Under the pieces are notes generated by a model. The model had not been told where the DNA came from and ran no database searches. It was given only the letters and a program-made list of their open reading frames with translations. From Chiloscyllium plagiosum (Eukaryota), in contig NC_057750.1 in assembly GCF_004010195.1 (NCBI RefSeq), positions 8,914,191-8,978,190 of the forward strand: a stretch of 64,000 nt of DNA, read 5' to 3'. Below are positions 61,903 through 64,000 of the stretch, piece after piece (within the stretch, counting starts at the first letter, position 1; every line of letters begins with the position of its first letter). The position numbers and the translations under genes are program-made.

Positions 61903-63060
61903 AAAAGGTAAAAACAATGACTGCAGATGCTGGAAACCAGATTCTGGATCAGTGGTGCTGGGAGAGCACAGCAATTCAGGCAGCATCCGACGAGCAGCAA
62001 AATCGACGTTTCGGGCAAAAGCCCTTCATCAGGAATAAAGGCAGAGAGCCTGAAGCGTGGAGAGATAAGCGAGGGGAGGGGGGGGGTGGGGAGAAAGTAG
62101 CATAGAGTACAATAGGTGAGTGGGGGAGGAGATGAAGGTGATAGGTCAGGGAGGAGAGGGTGGAGTGGATAGGTGGAAAAGGAGCTAGGCAGGTCGGACA
62201 AGTCCGGACAAGTCATGGGGACAGTGCTGAGCTGGNNNNNNNNNNNNNNNNNNNNNNNNNNNNNNNNNNNNNNNNNNNNNNNNNNNNNNNNNNNNNNNNN
62301 NNNNNNNNNNNNNNNNNNNNNNNNNNNNNNNNNNNNNNNNNNNNNNNNNNNNNNNNNNNNNNNNNNNNNNNNNNNNNNNNNNNNNNNNNNNNNNNNNNNN
62401 NNNNNNNNNNNNNNNNNNNNNNNNNNNNNNNNNNNNNNNNNNNNNNNNNNNNNNNNNNNNNNNNNNNNNNNNNNNNNNNNNNNNNNNNNNNNNNNNNNNN
62501 NNNNNNNNNNNNNNNNNNNNNNNNNNNNNNNNNNNNNNNNNNNNNNNNNNNNNNNNNNNNNNNNNNNNNNNNNNNNNNNNNNNNNNNNNNNNGGGAACGG
62601 TCTTTGCGGGAGGCGGAGAGGGGTGGGGAGGGAAATATATCCCTGGTGGTGGGGTCTGTTTGGAGGTGGCGGAAATGTCGGCGGATGATTTGGTTTATGC
62701 GGAGGTTGGTAGGGTGGAAGGTGAGCACCATGGGCGTTCTGTCCTTGTTGCGGTTGGAGGGGTTGAGTCTGAGGGCGGAATTGCGGGATGTGGATGAGAT
62801 GCGTTGGAGGGCATCTTTAACCCATAGGAAGGGAAGTTGCGGTCTCTAAAGAAGGAGGCCATCTGGTGTGTTCTATGGTGGAACTGGTCCTCCTGGGAGC
62901 AGATACGGCGGAGGCAGAGGAATTGGGAATACGGGATTGCATTTTTGCAAGAGATAGGTTGGGAAGAGGTGTAATCCAGGTCGCTGTGGGAGTCGGTGGG
63001 TTTGTAAAAAATGTCAGTGTCAAGTCGGTCGTCACTAATGGAGATGGAGAGGTCCAGGAA
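61903..63060 (-). mobile_element. Penelope-like element 3' half (post-RT region, gap, terminal repeat with hammerhead near 62002-62035)
   Basis: Minus strand LDLSISISDDRLDTDIFYKPTDSH...CKNAIPYSQFLCLRRICSQEDQF, VLTFHPTNLRINQIIRRHFRHLQTDP; gap 62236-62592; interrupts a family B SINE. Confidence 0.9.
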
Positions 63061-64000
63061 GACACCTAGACAATGTTCTGGGGTCCCAGTTCAAATTCCT
63101 CCACGGCAGAGGATGGAGCTTTAATTCAATAAAACTCTGGAATTAAGACTGTAATGATGACAATGAATCTGTTGCCAAATATTGGGAAAACCCATCAGGT
63201 TTGCTATGGGCAAGGAAGCTGGCATCCTCACCTGGGCCTGGCCTACACGTGACTCCAGACCCACAATGATATGGTTAAAGTGAGGACTGCAGATGCTGGA
63301 GATCAGAACCAAGAATGTGGTGCTGGAAAAGTACAGCCGGTCAGGCAGCATCTGAGGAGCAGGAGAATCGGCATTTTGGGCAAATGCCCTTAACTACCCT
63401 CTGGAATGACACTAGTCAGTCACTCAGTACAAGGGGCAACTAGTGATGCTGGTTTGACCAGTTGGTGCCCACATCCCGTGAGAAGATCAAGATAAATAAG
63501 GGGTGAGGACATACAATTTAAAGTGGCAATGTTGTGGGGAGCTTTAATACGCGGCTGGTACCTGAAAGGCAGCCCTGAGGGGACGGTTCAGGACAATCCA
63601 ACTGCAACTTTCTGAAGACAGTGCAACAAGGTGCTACAGCAGAGGAGGAATGGGGGGAAGCACAGTATGGGCACTAGCTGAGTTACTCTTGCGGACGGGT
63701 TCGCACAAAAACTGCAGGCAGAATGGCCTCCATTCGTGTCAGTCCCAGCATATGATTCTAGAAAATGCAGTGGCAAATTGAGACATAGGAAGATCCCACA
63801 AAGAGCAATGGCATAACCATTCAGGACAGAAACGTTCATTGGATTGGAACCAAGTCCATAAACATTCAGTCCCTCTGCCTTCAGTGGTCAGTGGCAGCAG
63901 TGTTTACCACACTCAAAGTGCACTGACAACTCACCACCTTATACAGTACCTCGCAAAACCCAAGTCCACATTCATCTCGAAGGATAAGGGCAGCAGGTAC

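Noticed and set aside
15992..62849. Long ORFs in the track (for example 15992-16957, 18130-19242, 50461-51693, 62160-62849)
   Set aside because: Their length comes from N gaps (16443-16897, 18393-18938, 37976-38194, 50836-51669, 62236-62592); the real parts are broken retroelement ORFs.

Overview
Eukaryotic, repeat-saturated non-coding DNA from a cartilaginous fish, inferred from about 20 copies of the elasmobranch HE1 V-SINE and its partner CR1 (HER1-like) LINE. I could not recognise any host protein-coding exon; almost all ORFs in the track are transposon remnants or low-complexity sequence. Content: CR1, L2, Rex1/Babar, RTE and L1/Tx1 LINE fragments, two further tRNA-derived SINE families, several Penelope-like element (PLE) families with RT and GIY-YIG fragments, nested solo LTRs, a Tigger-like MITE and five assembly gaps. 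Most notable: (1) a tRNA-Pro(AGG)-like gene with an 18-nt insertion at the canonical 37/38 intron site and all stems paired (56879-56968, minus strand); (2) about a dozen minimal hammerhead-ribozyme motifs in three PLE families, often in inverted pairs with 13-14 bp target-site duplications (TSDs); (3) a 28-bp minisatellite amplified from the YIG codons of a PLE endonuclease; (4) several locally templated or inverted duplications; (5) unique, motif-rich islands that may be enhancers. Repeat boundaries were read by eye and are approximate (about 10-20 bp) unless TSDs are quoted.
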